NCBI GenBank assembly: GCA_003281165.1
Contig: QCCT01000007.1
Coordinates: forward strand, 4,057 to 68,056
DNA: 64,000 nt
Source: Prochlorococcus sp. AG-347-M18
GTDB taxonomy: Bacteria > Cyanobacteriota > Cyanobacteriia > PCC-6307 > Cyanobiaceae
Direction: 5' to 3'
The stretch's first letter is position 1; each line of letters starts with the position of its first letter. Below, one piece after another: positions 17,002 to 28,105 of this stretch. Below the pieces are notes generated by a model. The model was not told where the DNA came from, did no database searches, and saw only the letters and a list, made by a program, of their open reading frames with translations. Position numbers and translations under genes: made by a program.

Positions 17002-18303
17002 CTAAATACAACTTAATTGACTTGCAATGATTTTCACTTCATTGAGCGAATTTATTTCATCTTTCGATCTCTCAAAATCTCCATTATTTACCTGATGAGT
17101 AATAACGACAATTTCAGCTTTGTCCTCACTTGCATCAAGTTGAACAATTGACTCTATTGATACATTATTTTTTCCAAAAATATCTCCAATCTTTCCTATC
17201 ACACCTGGACTATCAAGACAAATTATTCTAAGGTAATTTTTTTTATTTATTTGTGAAGATTCAATGATATGGCAGTTTCTCCAGAAATTAAAAGATAATA
17301 ATGAATCGATTGAATTATTATTTTTCACTGAGGTGGCATGCAGATTTAGTATATCTGATACTACTGATGCAGCAGTTGGGCCACTCCCTGCCCCTGGACC
17401 ATATAACATTATCTCTCCAAGAGGATCAGCCTCAATCAATAAGGCATTATTAACTCCCTTAACTGTTGCCAATGGATGAGATTTTGGAATCAAAGAAGGT
17501 CCCACCCAAATATTCAAAGCTAGTGAATCATTACTGTTAATTCGTACCCTTTCGGAGAGCGCTAAAAGTTTTATTTCAAAACCTAATTTATTGGCATATT
17601 CGATATCCTTTAGATTAATTTTACTAATGCCCTCAGAATGAATCTCCTCTCTTTTGATTTTCCCTCCAAATGCAAGTTCACTAAGAATTGAAATCTTATC
17701 AGCAGCATCATGGCCTTCAACATCTGCAGTTGGATCAAATTCTGCATACCCAAGGCTTTGGGCCAATTTTAAAGTATCCTTGTAATCAGCTTTTTCGTTG
17801 GTCATCTTTGAAAGAATAAAATTTGTTGTGCCGTTTATTATCCCAACCATTTTTTTTATGCTGTTACTTTTTAATGATCTTTTTAAGGGTTCAATTATAG
17901 GGATCCCACCGCAAACTGCCGCCTCTGTCAATACATAAACTCCTTCTTTAGATGCAGTTTTATATATTTCTTCTCCATATTTTGCAATAACTGCTTTATT
18001 TGCTGTAACAACAGATTTACCTAATTTTAATGATTGCAGAATAATATCTTTAGCCAAATCAACCCCACCCATTACTTCAACAATTACATCTATGGAGGGG
18101 TCATTAATTAGTTTAAATGGATCATCAGTTAATAAATTATTATCTAGCTCAATATCCCTTTTTTTATTAAGATCTTTAACTGCTATTTTTACAATTTCTA
18201 TTTCTTTTAGAATTGGATGTGAATCATTTTCAGAACTTAATATTTTATAAATCCCTGAACCTACAGTTCCAAAACCTACAATCCCAATTTTGCATTTTCT
18301 CAT
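17002..18303 (-). CDS. thrA: Homoserine dehydrogenase with ACT domain
   Basis: GFGTVGSG, VVTANK, EAAVCGGIP, GIINGTTN, GYAE.DPTADVEGHDAADK, GPGAG. Confidence 0.95.
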   Translation of the reverse strand: MRKCKIGIVGFGTVGSGIYKILSSENDSHPILKEIEIVKIAVKDLNKKRDIELDNNLLTDDPFKLINDPSIDVIVEVMGGVDLAKDIILQSLKLGKSVVTANKAVIAKYGEEIYKTASKEGVYVLTEAAVCGGIPIIEPLKRSLKSNSIKKMVGIINGTTNFILSKMTNEKADYKDTLKLAQSLGYAEFDPTADVEGHDAADKISILSELAFGGKIKREEIHSEGISKINLKDIEYANKLGFEIKLLALSERVRINSNDSLALNIWVGPSLIPKSHPLATVKGVNNALLIEADPLGEIMLYGPGAGSGPTAASVVSDILNLHATSVKNNNSIDSLLSFNFWRNCHIIESSQINKKNYLRIICLDSPGVIGKIGDIFGKNNVSIESIVQLDASEDKAEIVVITHQVNNGDFERSKDEINSLNEVKIIASQLSCI

Positions 18304-18347
18304 TTTTTATTTCTTTTAACTTTGAGTTTAATTTTATATTATTAGGC

Positions 18348-18767
18348 CTACAAAAATTCATTTGCTTGAGACTGCATTTTCAATAAAATGTTTAAAAAAC
18401 CATTTGATCGTGAAGGGGTTAAGCTTGCCTTCAAACCAGTATCTTCAATAAATTTCTTATCTATTTCAACAACTTCATTTGGCGTTAATTCATTTAACCC
18501 AGTAATTAAAAATGCCAATAAACCCTTTGTTATTAGGGCATCAGAATATCCTTCCCAAAATAATTTACCAGCTTTAATATTTGCCTTAACAAAAACTTCT
18601 GAAACGCAACCCCTAACCTTATTCTCTTCAACAAGGATTTCATTATCGGGTTCTTTCAATTTTTTGCCTAACCACAAAATGTACTCATATTTTCTTTTTG
18701 GATCTTCTGATTTCTTCAATTTTTCGACTAATTTTGATAAATTATCGTATCTTTCTTGATTTTCCAT
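18348..18767 (-). CDS. sufE: SufE family Fe-S sulfur acceptor
   Basis: ENKVRGCVSEV, SDALITKGL, LTPSRSNG. Start moved to ATG 18767 to avoid overlap with the upstream gene. Confidence 0.9.
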   Translation of the reverse strand: MENQERYDNLSKLVEKLKKSEDPKRKYEYILWLGKKLKEPDNEILVEENKVRGCVSEVFVKANIKAGKLFWEGYSDALITKGLLAFLITGLNELTPNEVVEIDKKFIEDTGLKASLTPSRSNGFLNILLKMQSQANEFL

Positions 18768-18804
18768 TTTTAAAACTATTAATAAACCACTTTTAGATCT
18801 TTCA

Positions 18805-19362
18805 TTATACAAATATTTCTTTTTCTGTGATAAAGCCCGATAAAGGAATATCCCAATCAGCTTTGGTTAATGGAATCTTACTTACACAATTAGAAGTTAA
18901 AACTCCAATGCATGGAACATTTCTCCAATCATTATCTTTCCTTAATTTATCAAAATAACCTCCTCCATAACCTAATCTTGTTAAATTTTTGTCAACGGAA
19001 AGACATGGTACAAATATCATGCTTATCTGTAAATGACTTAATGGGGAAGAATTATTTGGACTTAGTATCCCCTCAGAATCTTTGATAAGAGGCTTTTCGT
19101 CCCATGGATAAAATAACAACTCTTTTTTATCATTACATCTAGGCAAAGCTAAAGTAAATTTTTTCTTGAGACTTCTTATATCAACTTCATTTTTTAGAGG
19201 CCAATATATGGCTATATAATCAATATTTCTACATCCCTTATCAAAGGAATCAATATATAATCTTACATTCTTTTCTACAGTTTCTTTTTGATTAAGAGAA
19301 ATCCCATCTCTTAATTTTCTAAACGTATCCCTTTCCAATTTCTTATTTTCAAAGATCTTCAT
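18805..19362 (-). CDS. ygfA: 5-formyltetrahydrofolate cyclo-ligase
   Basis: YWPLKNEVD, FVPCLSVD, RLGYGGGYFD, WDIPL. Start moved to ATG 19362, just after the ruvC stop. Confidence 0.9.
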   Translation of the reverse strand: MKIFENKKLERDTFRKLRDGISLNQKETVEKNVRLYIDSFDKGCRNIDYIAIYWPLKNEVDIRSLKKKFTLALPRCNDKKELLFYPWDEKPLIKDSEGILSPNNSSPLSHLQISMIFVPCLSVDKNLTRLGYGGGYFDKLRKDNDWRNVPCIGVLTSNCVSKIPLTKADWDIPLSGFITEKEIFV

Positions 19363-19372
19363 ATTAAATTTT

Positions 19373-19846
19373 TTAGTTAAAGCCATCCTCATTTAGTTTT
19401 GTGAGTGCTATAGCCAAAGCATCTGCTGAATCATCAGGTTTTGGAGGTTTTTTAAGATCTAAGTTATTCATAACAGCCTCAAGAATATCTTTCTTAGATG
19501 CCTTTCCAGACCCAGCAATTGTTAATTTTATCTGAGCAGGTGAATACTCACTAACATGAATTCTTTTAGAGGCCAACACCATCATAATCACGCCTCTGGC
19601 CTGCACCACACTAATGGTAGTACTTGACCTGTAAAAGAAAAATTTTTCTACTGCCGCTGCAGTTGGGTTCCAATGATTTATTATTTCATTAAGATCTTGG
19701 AATATCTCGTAAAGTCTATCTTCTTCTTTTTTATCTTTACCTGTCTCGATAACGCCGCAATCTAATAATATCTTTCTTTCATTTTCTATTTCAATTATTC
19801 CATAACCAACTCTAGCTAATCCAGGGTCAATCCCAATTATTCGCAC
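19373..19846 (-). CDS. ruvC: Holliday junction resolvase
   Basis: [36 protein letters not shown]. Confidence 0.97.
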   Translation of the reverse strand: MRIIGIDPGLARVGYGIIEIENERKILLDCGVIETGKDKKEEDRLYEIFQDLNEIINHWNPTAAAVEKFFFYRSSTTISVVQARGVIMMVLASKRIHVSEYSPAQIKLTIAGSGKASKKDILEAVMNNLDLKKPPKPDDSADALAIALTKLNEDGFN

Positions 19847-19851
19847 TGTTA

Positions 19852-20940
19852 TTAAGCTTCAGCAGACAATTGAAATTTTGAAAGATTTTCTTTTTCATCT
19901 AAATCAAATACTTTACAAAAAGCTTGAATAACTTTTTCACCTGAATCAACTTGTTCTAAGGGATCTTTTCTAAGTCTATGTCTTAAAGAACAAGAAATAA
20001 CCCTTGCTATGTCATCTTCTTGAACTTCAGTTCTGCCCTCAAATGCTGCAATTGCCCTTGCTGACCTATTTGTAACAATATCTCCACGTAAACCATCCAC
20101 ATCTAGTTCTCCGCAGATTGCAGAAATATTCAATCTTAAGTCATCGTCCATTTGAACAGAATTTAATATTTCTTGTGCTTTAATAACTTTTTGTTGAAGT
20201 TCATCCTGTTGTTTCTCAACACTCAATGAAAACTCATCAGGATTATCATCAAAAGAAGTTCTTTGATCAACTACTTGAACTCTTAATTCAGCATCTCTAA
20301 CTGTCTTAACTTCAACACTCATTCCAAACCTGTCCAATAATTGTGGCCTTAATTCACCTTCTTCTGGATTTCCCGAACCAATAAGGACAAACCTCGCAGG
20401 ATGTCGAACTGAGACTCCCTCCCTTTCAACTGTATTCCATCCGGAAGCGGCCGAATCTAAAAGTACATCAACTAAATGATCATCTAGTAAATTCACTTCA
20501 TCAACGTATAGTAATCCCCTATTAGCTTTTGCTAATAGACCTGGTTCAAATGCTTTAACACCTTCGCTCAAAGCCTTCTCTATATCAATGGTTCCACAAA
20601 GTCTGTCTTCAGTAGCCCCTAAAGGCAAGTCAACCATAGGTACTTGTTTTTGAATACTCTCTAGATTTTCTCCTTGAGTAATTTTTTCTAAAACTTCTTT
20701 ACTTTGTAAGTCAGGATCGACTAGTGAACTATTATATGGATCGTCTTTAACAACATCGATTGCAGGCAACAAATCAGCTAAGGCTCTGATTGTAGTAGAC
20801 TTTCCAGTCCCTCTATCACCCATTATCATCACTCCTCCAATTCTTGGATCAATAACATTTAACAAGAGAGCCAATTTCATTTCTTCTTGACCAATTACTG
20901 CTGTAAAAGGAAAAACTCTTCTTTTCTTTGTTGTAAGCAC
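19852..20940 (-). CDS. chlI: Magnesium chelatase ATPase subunit I
   Basis: [53 protein letters not shown]. Confidence 0.97.
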   Translation of the reverse strand: MLTTKKRRVFPFTAVIGQEEMKLALLLNVIDPRIGGVMIMGDRGTGKSTTIRALADLLPAIDVVKDDPYNSSLVDPDLQSKEVLEKITQGENLESIQKQVPMVDLPLGATEDRLCGTIDIEKALSEGVKAFEPGLLAKANRGLLYVDEVNLLDDHLVDVLLDSAASGWNTVEREGVSVRHPARFVLIGSGNPEEGELRPQLLDRFGMSVEVKTVRDAELRVQVVDQRTSFDDNPDEFSLSVEKQQDELQQKVIKAQEILNSVQMDDDLRLNISAICGELDVDGLRGDIVTNRSARAIAAFEGRTEVQEDDIARVISCSLRHRLRKDPLEQVDSGEKVIQAFCKVFDLDEKENLSKFQLSAEA

Positions 20941-21057
20941 AGTTTTAGTTTTCTTAAATATTCAAATAATCAATAGATGCTACTTCAGAAAATGTTTTTA
21001 GTAAATATCTCTATCAAATTAAAACAAGAAATGAATAGTAACTAATAAAATTTATAC

Positions 21058-21810
21058 TTACTTATTTTTTTTTGAATTATTCAAAAACCAGTTTATTTGA
21101 TGCACAATTCCTCTTAAAACATTTATTTCGTGCATTGATGTATTTGCCCTCAAAATAAAATTCTTAAATTTACTTATTTTTGCCTTGGAGGTATGTTTTA
21201 AGAGATATCCAACTCGCAAAAGCATTTCCTCTATATCGACAAATGTATCATGTACTTCTTTCGATGATGCCAAGTTAAAAACTTTTAATTCATTATTTAA
21301 ATTCTTCTTAGAAGACTTATTTAATTCATACAAAACAATTGAAACAGCATGAGAAAGATTTAATGAAGGATTATTCGGAGAAGTTGGAATATTAAAAGTT
21401 TTATTTGCTAGAAGCAATTCATTGTTAGTTAATCCTCTATCTTCTCTCCCAAATATAATTGCTAAATTATTTATCTTTTTAAAGGATAAAGTCCAATCAA
21501 ATATGTCTTCAGAAGATACAAAAAATGAATCTTTATTTACATCAATCCTTCCACAAGATGCTAGAACTAAATCACAATCAAAAATTGCTTTTTGAAGATC
21601 ATCAAAAACCGTACAATGTTTAAGAAATTTTTGACCTTTTACAGCCATTTTTTTTGCTTCTAAAGAAAATATATCGCATCTAGGAGAAACAATTCTTAAT
21701 TCATCAACTTCAAAATTACTGCATAATCTAGCAACGCTTCCTACATTTAAAGAGCCATTTGGTTCAACTAAAATTACCTTTAAATTAGAAAAATTTTTTT
21801 CCAAAATCAT
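21058..21810 (-). CDS. trmJ: SPOUT tRNA methyltransferase, TrmJ/LasT family
   Basis: VILVEP...NVGSVAR, FGREDRGLTNNEL, SLNLSHAV. Confidence 0.88.
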   Translation of the reverse strand: MILEKNFSNLKVILVEPNGSLNVGSVARLCSNFEVDELRIVSPRCDIFSLEAKKMAVKGQKFLKHCTVFDDLQKAIFDCDLVLASCGRIDVNKDSFFVSSEDIFDWTLSFKKINNLAIIFGREDRGLTNNELLLANKTFNIPTSPNNPSLNLSHAVSIVLYELNKSSKKNLNNELKVFNLASSKEVHDTFVDIEEMLLRVGYLLKHTSKAKISKFKNFILRANTSMHEINVLRGIVHQINWFLNNSKKNK

Positions 21811-22193
21811 TCAAGGCTATGAAGAAATTTTAATAAATTGGACATATTTACAGGATCAATTTCAAAACTTGGCATAGGAGGAGTCAGTCCTCCAGTAACT
21901 TGTTTTATTATCTCTTTATCATTCAAACGTTGAGTTATTGAGTGTAAGTCCGGTCCCACTAATCCTCTTGCTGTAATTCCATGACATCCAACACAATTTA
22001 TCTTAAAAAGAGCATCTCCTTCCTCAGCAGAGCCCTCATGGCCAAGAGTTTCAATAATATATTTGTTATTTTCATGATGATTAAAGAAAAATATTGAAAA
22101 ACAAATTAATAAAACTCCAAATACCACAAAAACAATTTTTAAGAAATATCTCTTAAGATCTATTTCTGCTGCAGTTGATGAAGATGTTGACAC
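21807..22193 (-). CDS. cytM: Cytochrome cM
   Basis: N-terminal membrane helix, CVGCH haem motif, GPDL, axial Met in PPMP; divergent from petG. Confidence 0.9.
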   Translation of the reverse strand: MSTSSSTAAEIDLKRYFLKIVFVVFGVLLICFSIFFFNHHENNKYIIETLGHEGSAEEGDALFKINCVGCHGITARGLVGPDLHSITQRLNDKEIIKQVTGGLTPPMPSFEIDPVNMSNLLKFLHSLE

Positions 22194-22248
22194 AAAAAAT
22201 AGTCTCTATGTAACAATTGTGAGTGAGAAATTCAAAAAAGGCAAAAAA

Positions 22249-22368
22249 ATGATCGAGCCTCTTCTATGTGGAATTGTTTTAGGTTTAGTTCCAATAACTC
22301 TTCTTGGATTATTTGTAAGTGCATGGAATCAATACAGAAGAGGTTCAGGGATGCTGGACATTGATTAA
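22249..22368 (+). CDS. petG: Cytochrome b6f subunit V (not in ORF track)
   Basis: Manual translation [39 protein letters not shown]. Confidence 0.97.
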   Translation: MIEPLLCGIVLGLVPITLLGLFVSAWNQYRRGSGMLDID

Positions 22369-22944
22369 AAATGTTAATCTTGACTGCCCATAATTTCTTA
22401 CATCTATAGTTTCCCACAAAGTACTTTTTTTAATAAAAAGGTTTGGAGAATGTTCACAAATAACTGTTGAATCTTTTTTTAAAAAATTACAATTAAATAT
22501 TTGATTTAAAACTAATTCATGGAACTCCACATCGTACGGAGGATCTAGATAAACAAAATCAAATTTTAATTTGTTTAAATCCATATTTCTAGATGATAAT
22601 TTTCTCTCATAATTGGGTTTTGTCCATTTCAATACGTCTTTACAAATAACTTCGATATCATTTCTCCTATTCTCTACATTCTCCAACGAGAGTAAATTTT
22701 CTAAGCAAATTTTTGAGTTGATTTTATTTTTTTCAATTGCAATTATTTTGCTTGCCCCGTGATTATAGGCTTCACAAGATATTGCCCCAGTTCCACTAAA
22801 TAAATCTAACCAGTTACTATTTTCAACTCTTTTGTTCAATATATTAAATATGGCCTCTCTCACTCTCAAAGTTGTAGGTCTGGTATAAGAACTTTTTGGA
22901 CTTTGGAGTTTTTTTCCACCTATTAATCTTAAGTTAGTCTTCAT
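22345..22944 (-). CDS. rsmD: 16S rRNA m2G966 methyltransferase
   Basis: TRPT...[26 protein letters not shown]. Confidence 0.93.
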   Translation of the reverse strand: MKTNLRLIGGKKLQSPKSSYTRPTTLRVREAIFNILNKRVENSNWLDLFSGTGAISCEAYNHGASKIIAIEKNKINSKICLENLLSLENVENRRNDIEVICKDVLKWTKPNYERKLSSRNMDLNKLKFDFVYLDPPYDVEFHELVLNQIFNCNFLKKDSTVICEHSPNLFIKKSTLWETIDVRNYGQSRLTFLINVQHP

Positions 22945-22957
22945 CCCTAAGAATCTG

Positions 22958-23575
22958 TTATTGAATATTACTCAGCCATCTTCGCAAAAGTTTTTCACCT
23001 GTTTTTCCAGATTTTTCCGGATGAAATTGACAGGCTAATAAATTATCATTCTCAATCATTGCAGTTAATTTTTCAGAGCCATAATCAACCTGAGCTGCAA
23101 TAATATTTAAATCATCTGGTATTGCATGATAGGAATGTACAAAATAAACCCAATTATTTAATTCTTTAATCCCAAATAAAGTATTTTTTTTTGTAGGTAA
23201 AAGTTGGCACCAACCCATGTGTGGGATTCTTTGGTTAACAACATTGGGTATTTTTTGTATTTTTCCTTTTAAAATTCCTAGCCCTTGAACTTTTCCTTCA
23301 TCACTAGATTCGAAGAGGAGTTGGAGACCTAAACATATCCCAAAAAAGGATTTCCCACTTTTAATCCAATTTTTTAAATCAGTTATCAAATCTGTATTTA
23401 TGAGATTATTCATCGCTGGATCAAATGCTCCAACTCCAGGAAGTATTATCGCCTTACAAAGCTTGGAATCATTAAAGTTTTTAATTAATATAATTTCTTC
23501 TCCAAGACTTTCTAGAGATTTTGTTACAGAATGAATATTACCCATTCCATAGTCTATTAGTCCAATTTTATGCAA
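22958..23575 (-). CDS. hisH: Imidazole glycerol phosphate synthase, glutaminase subunit
   Basis: IDYGMGN, LPGVG, GICLGLQ, PHMGW, YFVHSY, QFHPEKS. Confidence 0.97.
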   Translation of the reverse strand: MHKIGLIDYGMGNIHSVTKSLESLGEEIILIKNFNDSKLCKAIILPGVGAFDPAMNNLINTDLITDLKNWIKSGKSFFGICLGLQLLFESSDEGKVQGLGILKGKIQKIPNVVNQRIPHMGWCQLLPTKKNTLFGIKELNNWVYFVHSYHAIPDDLNIIAAQVDYGSEKLTAMIENDNLLACQFHPEKSGKTGEKLLRRWLSNIQ

Positions 23576-23586
23576 AGCTTTTAAAT

Positions 23587-23910
23587 TTACAAATGCTTAG
23601 TTAAAGTGCTCGAAAGAGTAGCTTTTGGCACAGCACCAACAACGGTATCAACCTTTTGGCCCCCTTTAAAGATCATTAATGTAGGAATACTTCTGATTCC
23701 GTATTGACTGGCTACATTTGGATTCTCATCTGTGTTTAATTTAAAAACTTTAATTTTCCCTTCAAAGTCTTTTGAGATTTCTTCTACAACTGGAGCGACC
23801 ATCCTACATGGACCGCACCATGGTGCCCAAAAATCAACCAATACTGGTAGATCACTTTGCAGTACATCCTTGTCAAATGAAGAGTCAGTTACGGCTGGAG
23901 CTGATGACAT
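23587..23910 (-). CDS. trxA: Thioredoxin (m-type)
   Basis: [18 protein letters not shown]. Confidence 0.98.
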   Translation of the reverse strand: MSSAPAVTDSSFDKDVLQSDLPVLVDFWAPWCGPCRMVAPVVEEISKDFEGKIKVFKLNTDENPNVASQYGIRSIPTLMIFKGGQKVDTVVGAVPKATLSSTLTKHL

Positions 23911-24001
23911 AATTTAAGTATTCCTTTTTGAAAATTTAGCAGGCAATTCTTTTAAGTGATGATTTCATTACAGATTAAATAATATAAGTAACAAAATATC
24001 T

Positions 24002-24023
24002 AAAAAAGCCCGATTAATCGGGC
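24002..24023 (-). terminator. Yfr1 intrinsic terminator
   Basis: GCCCGAT-TA-ATCGGGC stem followed by T6 on the minus strand. Confidence 0.88.
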
Positions 24024-24058
24024 GATTTAGTGTGTGAGGAGTATGGGGTTTCCCCCAT
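24002..24058 (-). ncRNA. yfr1: Yfr1 cyanobacterial small RNA
   Basis: Minus strand ATGGGGGAAACCCCAT-ACTCCTCACAC-ACTAAATC-GCCCGATTAATCGGGC-TTTTTT: two hairpins flanking the ACUCCUCACAC signature, at the canonical guaB-trxA location. Confidence 0.96.
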
Positions 24059-24140
24059 CATTTTATAATAACTCCTAATTAGAAAATTTTTCAAATTAAT
24101 ACTTAATTCACTAAGGATTTAAAATTTTGCTCTAAGTGAA

Positions 24141-25304
24141 CTACTTACCCATCCCAAGCTGCTGAGCTTTTTGATAAACCTTACCTTCTGTAAGAAGCGA
24201 TGGTGCGATAACTATTTCAACTTCTTGCATTTCTTTAATATTTTGTGCCCCAAGAGTACTCATTGAGGTTCTAATGGCTCCTAATAAGTTATGTGTCCCA
24301 TCATCAAGTAAAGCAGGGCCTTTAATAATTCTTTCTAGGGATCCTGTAGAACCAACTTCAATTCTTGTCCCTCTTGGCAAAACTGGACTTGGAGTAGCCA
24401 TACCCCAGTGAAATCCTTTACCTGGAGCGTTTGAGGATTTAGCTATTGGGGATCCAATCATTACAGCATCTGCTCCACATGCTAAACATTTACAGATATC
24501 TCCGCCAGTAACAATTCCTCCATCACCAATAATAGGAATGTAACGACCACTTTCATTAAAGTAATCATTTCTTGCAGCACTACAATCAGCAATTGCAGTT
24601 GCTTGAGGGATTCCAATTCCCAATACTCCTCTTGATGTACATGCCGCTCCAGGTCCTATTCCAACCATCAATCCTGCAACTCCAGCATCCATGAGAAGTT
24701 TTGCAACTTCGTAAGTAACACAATTCCCTGCTACTACTGGGACATTCATAGATTGACAGAGATCTTTAATACTTAAGGTTTCCTTACCTTCCATACCAAG
24801 ATGTTCAGTGGATACAACTGTTCCTTGAAGAAAAAACAAATCTATTTTGGAATTATCAAGTGTTTCTTTAAACTTAATGGCAGCTTGAGGAGTCCCACTA
24901 AAAGCTGCTATACCTCCTCTTTCTTTCACCTCATTTATTCTTTGTACAATCAATCCCTCCTTGACCGGTTCACTGTATATTTTCTGCATTAATGGAACAA
25001 AATCATTCTTCCCGACTGATGCTATTTGGTTCAATATTTCATCAGGGTTTTCATATCGTGTTTGTATACCCTCCATATTAATGACCCCAAGGGAACCTAA
25101 TTTTGTGAGCTCTACAGCCGTATTGACATCGACAACACTATCCATGGCACTAGCGACGATCGGGACTTCTCTTTTGAAATCACCTATTGACCAAGAAGGA
25201 TCAGTCAAATCATAATCAAGTGTTCTATTGCCAGGGACTAAAGCTATTTCATCGATGCCATAAGCCCGTCTGACTTTTTTATTCAAACCAAGTTCAATAT
25301 TCAC
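24141..25304 (-). CDS. guaB: IMP dehydrogenase (cyanobacterial GuaB3 type, no CBS domains)
   Basis: ASAMD, GIGPGAACTSR catalytic Cys, DGGI, WGMA. Confidence 0.93.
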   Translation of the reverse strand: MNIELGLNKKVRRAYGIDEIALVPGNRTLDYDLTDPSWSIGDFKREVPIVASAMDSVVDVNTAVELTKLGSLGVINMEGIQTRYENPDEILNQIASVGKNDFVPLMQKIYSEPVKEGLIVQRINEVKERGGIAAFSGTPQAAIKFKETLDNSKIDLFFLQGTVVSTEHLGMEGKETLSIKDLCQSMNVPVVAGNCVTYEVAKLLMDAGVAGLMVGIGPGAACTSRGVLGIGIPQATAIADCSAARNDYFNESGRYIPIIGDGGIVTGGDICKCLACGADAVMIGSPIAKSSNAPGKGFHWGMATPSPVLPRGTRIEVGSTGSLERIIKGPALLDDGTHNLLGAIRTSMSTLGAQNIKEMQEVEIVIAPSLLTEGKVYQKAQQLGMGK

Positions 25305-25483
25305 GATAGTTTTCTTTTATTCTGATTAAATTAACAACTAAAGGGGTAATAAGCCAAGGTTTATTCAAAAACAACAGGTTTTATTTTGATTTGTGTGTAA
25401 ATGTGAGTATTTGGGAATTAAATAAATCTTTTTTTTTATTCATTATGACAATCAGCGATTATTATTAAAGAAAGGATTTTTGT

Positions 25484-28081
25484 ATGTCTGATATTTTAGA
25501 TTCCGATAACTCAGGATTAAGCGAAGATAACGATCGAATTATTCAGACTGACCTAAGAAATGAGATGTCTCGTTCATACCTTGAGTATGCAATGAGCGTT
25601 ATAGTTGGTCGTGCTCTTCCAGATGCAAGAGATGGATTAAAACCTGTTCACAGAAGAATTCTTTATGCAATGTATGAACTTGGTTTAACTAGCGGTAGAC
25701 CATACAGAAAATGTGCAAGAGTTGTTGGAGAAGTACTTGGTAAATATCACCCTCATGGCGATACTGCTGTTTATGATGCTTTGGTTAGGATGGCTCAGGA
25801 TTTCTCTATGAGGATGCCACTCATTGATGGCCATGGAAACTTTGGTTCTGTTGATAACGACCCTCCAGCAGCGATGAGATATACAGAATCTCGCTTACAG
25901 TCTCTTACGGATGAAAGTTTATTAGAGGATATTGAATCTGAAACTGTAGATTTCGCCGATAATTTTGACGGTTCTCAGCAAGAGCCAACAGTTTTACCTG
26001 CTAGGATCCCTCAACTTCTTTTAAATGGTTCATCTGGAATAGCAGTAGGTATGGCAACTAATATTCCACCTCATAACTTAGGAGAATTAATTAATGGTCT
26101 TAAATCAATAATCAAAAACCCTTCATTAAAAGATAGTGAACTTTTTGAAATAATTAAGGGTCCTGATTTTCCCACAGGTGGCCAAATCTTAGGCAGAGAC
26201 GGTATTAGAGAAACTTTCAAAACAGGAAGGGGGTCAATAACCATGAGAGGGGTAGCAAATATTGAGCAAATTAAATCCATTGGTAGAGCAGAGAAAGATG
26301 CAGTAATAATTACAGAGCTTCCATTTCAAACCAATAAGGCTGCATTGATAGAAAGAATTGCTGACCTAGTTAATGAAAAAAAATTAGAAGGTATTTCTGA
26401 TATTAGAGATGAAAGCGATCGAGATGGGATGAGGATTGTTATTGAACTAAAAAGGGATGCCTACCCACAAGTAGTTTTAAATAATTTATTTAAGTTAACA
26501 CCTCTACAGAATAACTTTAGTGCAAACATCCTTGCATTAGTAAAAGGAGAGCCCACAACCCTTTCACTCAGAAAAATGTTAGACGTTTTTCTAGATTTTA
26601 GGGTTGAGACAATAAGGCGAAGAACAGCATTTTTATTAAAAAAGGCAGAAGAAAGAGATCATATTGTAAAGGGTCTTCTATTGGCCTTAGATGCTATGGA
26701 TAAAATTATAAATCTAATTAGATCAGCGAAAGATTCAATATCAGCTCGAGATAAATTACAAAACGACCATCAATTATCTTCCATACAGGCAGATGCAATT
26801 CTACAAATGCAATTAAGAAGATTAACAGCACTTGAAGCAGATAAAATCAAAGGGGAACATAATGAGTTAACCGAAAAAATCAACCTATATCAGCAAATAT
26901 TAAATAGTAAAGAAAGAATTTTTGAAATTATTCTTGAAGAAATTAATAGAATCGATGAAAGATTCTCTTCTCCTAGGAAAACAGAAATATTAGATTTAGG
27001 CGGCGGATTAGATGATATTGATCTCATAGCTAATGACAGATCCGTAGTTCTATTAACTGAAGCAGGTTATTTAAAAAGAATGCCTGTTAATGATTTTGAA
27101 TCTACCAGTCGTGGTTCAAGGGGTAAAGCTGGCACAAAAACCAAAGAAGATGATGATGTGAAATTATTTATAAGTTGTAACGATCATGATACTCTTTTGC
27201 TTTTCAGTGATAGAGGAGTAGCTTATGCTCTCCCAGCATATAGAGTTCCGATGAGTAGCAGAACAGCAAAAGGGACTCCATCAGTTCAACTTCTCCCAAT
27301 TCCAAGAGAAGAAAAAATAACTTCACTAGTTGCTGTGGATTCATTTGTTGACGATAGTTATTTATTAATGCTAACCAAAGCTGGCTTTATAAAAAGAACT
27401 GCGCTTTCCGCTTTCTCAAAAATTCGCTCAAATGGACTAATAGCAATTAATCTTGAGGATGGAGATGCCCTAACTTGGGTCAGATTATCAAAAGAAGGTG
27501 ATAGTGTTTTGATTGGATCTAAAACAGGAATGGCGATTCATTTCAGACTAGATATCAATGAATTAAGACCACTTGGTAGAACAGCAAGAGGAGTTAAATC
27601 AATGAACTTGAGAGAAGGCGACAATTTAGTTTCTATGGATGTTTTAACATCTAATTTGGTTGATCAATTGGCTAAAATTGAGGGTCTCACAGAAGATCTT
27701 GATGATAATGTTGAGGAAAACTCTTCAAATGGTCCATGGGTATTAATTGCCAGTGCATTTGGACTAGGAAAGAGAGTACCTGTAGCTCAGTTTAGATTAC
27801 AAAAAAGAGCAGGCATGGGGTTGAGAGCAATAAAATTTAGAATTAAAGATGATCAGCTAGTTTGTTTGAAGGTCCTTGGCGAAGGAGAAGAATTACTACT
27901 TGTGACCGAAAAAGGCGTAATAGTAAGAACAAACGCAGATAAAATCTCTCAGCAATCTAGGGCAGCTACAGGAGTAAAATTACAAAGATTAGATGACGGT
28001 GATCATTTATCTGAAGTGGTATTGGTACCTCGTGAACAAATAGAGGGAAAAGACCAACCCAGCTCAGTTGAACAAAATTAA
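25484..28081 (+). CDS. gyrA: DNA gyrase subunit A
   Basis: [28 protein letters not shown] catalytic Tyr, C-terminal beta-pinwheel repeats. Confidence 0.95.
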   Translation: MSDILDSDNSGLSEDNDRIIQTDLRNEMSRSYLEYAMSVIVGRALPDARDGLKPVHRRILYAMYELGLTSGRPYRKCARVVGEVLGKYHPHGDTAVYDALVRMAQDFSMRMPLIDGHGNFGSVDNDPPAAMRYTESRLQSLTDESLLEDIESETVDFADNFDGSQQEPTVLPARIPQLLLNGSSGIAVGMATNIPPHNLGELINGLKSIIKNPSLKDSELFEIIKGPDFPTGGQILGRDGIRETFKTGRGSITMRGVANIEQIKSIGRAEKDAVIITELPFQTNKAALIERIADLVNEKKLEGISDIRDESDRDGMRIVIELKRDAYPQVVLNNLFKLTPLQNNFSANILALVKGEPTTLSLRKMLDVFLDFRVETIRRRTAFLLKKAEERDHIVKGLLLALDAMDKIINLIRSAKDSISARDKLQNDHQLSSIQADAILQMQLRRLTALEADKIKGEHNELTEKINLYQQILNSKERIFEIILEEINRIDERFSSPRKTEILDLGGGLDDIDLIANDRSVVLLTEAGYLKRMPVNDFESTSRGSRGKAGTKTKEDDDVKLFISCNDHDTLLLFSDRGVAYALPAYRVPMSSRTAKGTPSVQLLPIPREEKITSLVAVDSFVDDSYLLMLTKAGFIKRTALSAFSKIRSNGLIAINLEDGDALTWVRLSKEGDSVLIGSKTGMAIHFRLDINELRPLGRTARGVKSMNLREGDNLVSMDVLTSNLVDQLAKIEGLTEDLDDNVEENSSNGPWVLIASAFGLGKRVPVAQFRLQKRAGMGLRAIKFRIKDDQLVCLKVLGEGEELLLVTEKGVIVRTNADKISQQSRAATGVKLQRLDDGDHLSEVVLVPREQIEGKDQPSSVEQN

Positions 28082-28105
28082 AAGCCTTATGGTTAGCTAA
28101 ATAAT

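Noticed and set aside
18768-18812. Extended N-terminus of sufE in the ORF track (likewise ygfA 19363-19392)
   Set aside because: Extensions overlap the upstream genes; downstream ATGs give typical family lengths.
22232-22417. 61-aa minus-strand ORF
   Set aside because: Antisense shadow of petG overlapping rsmD.
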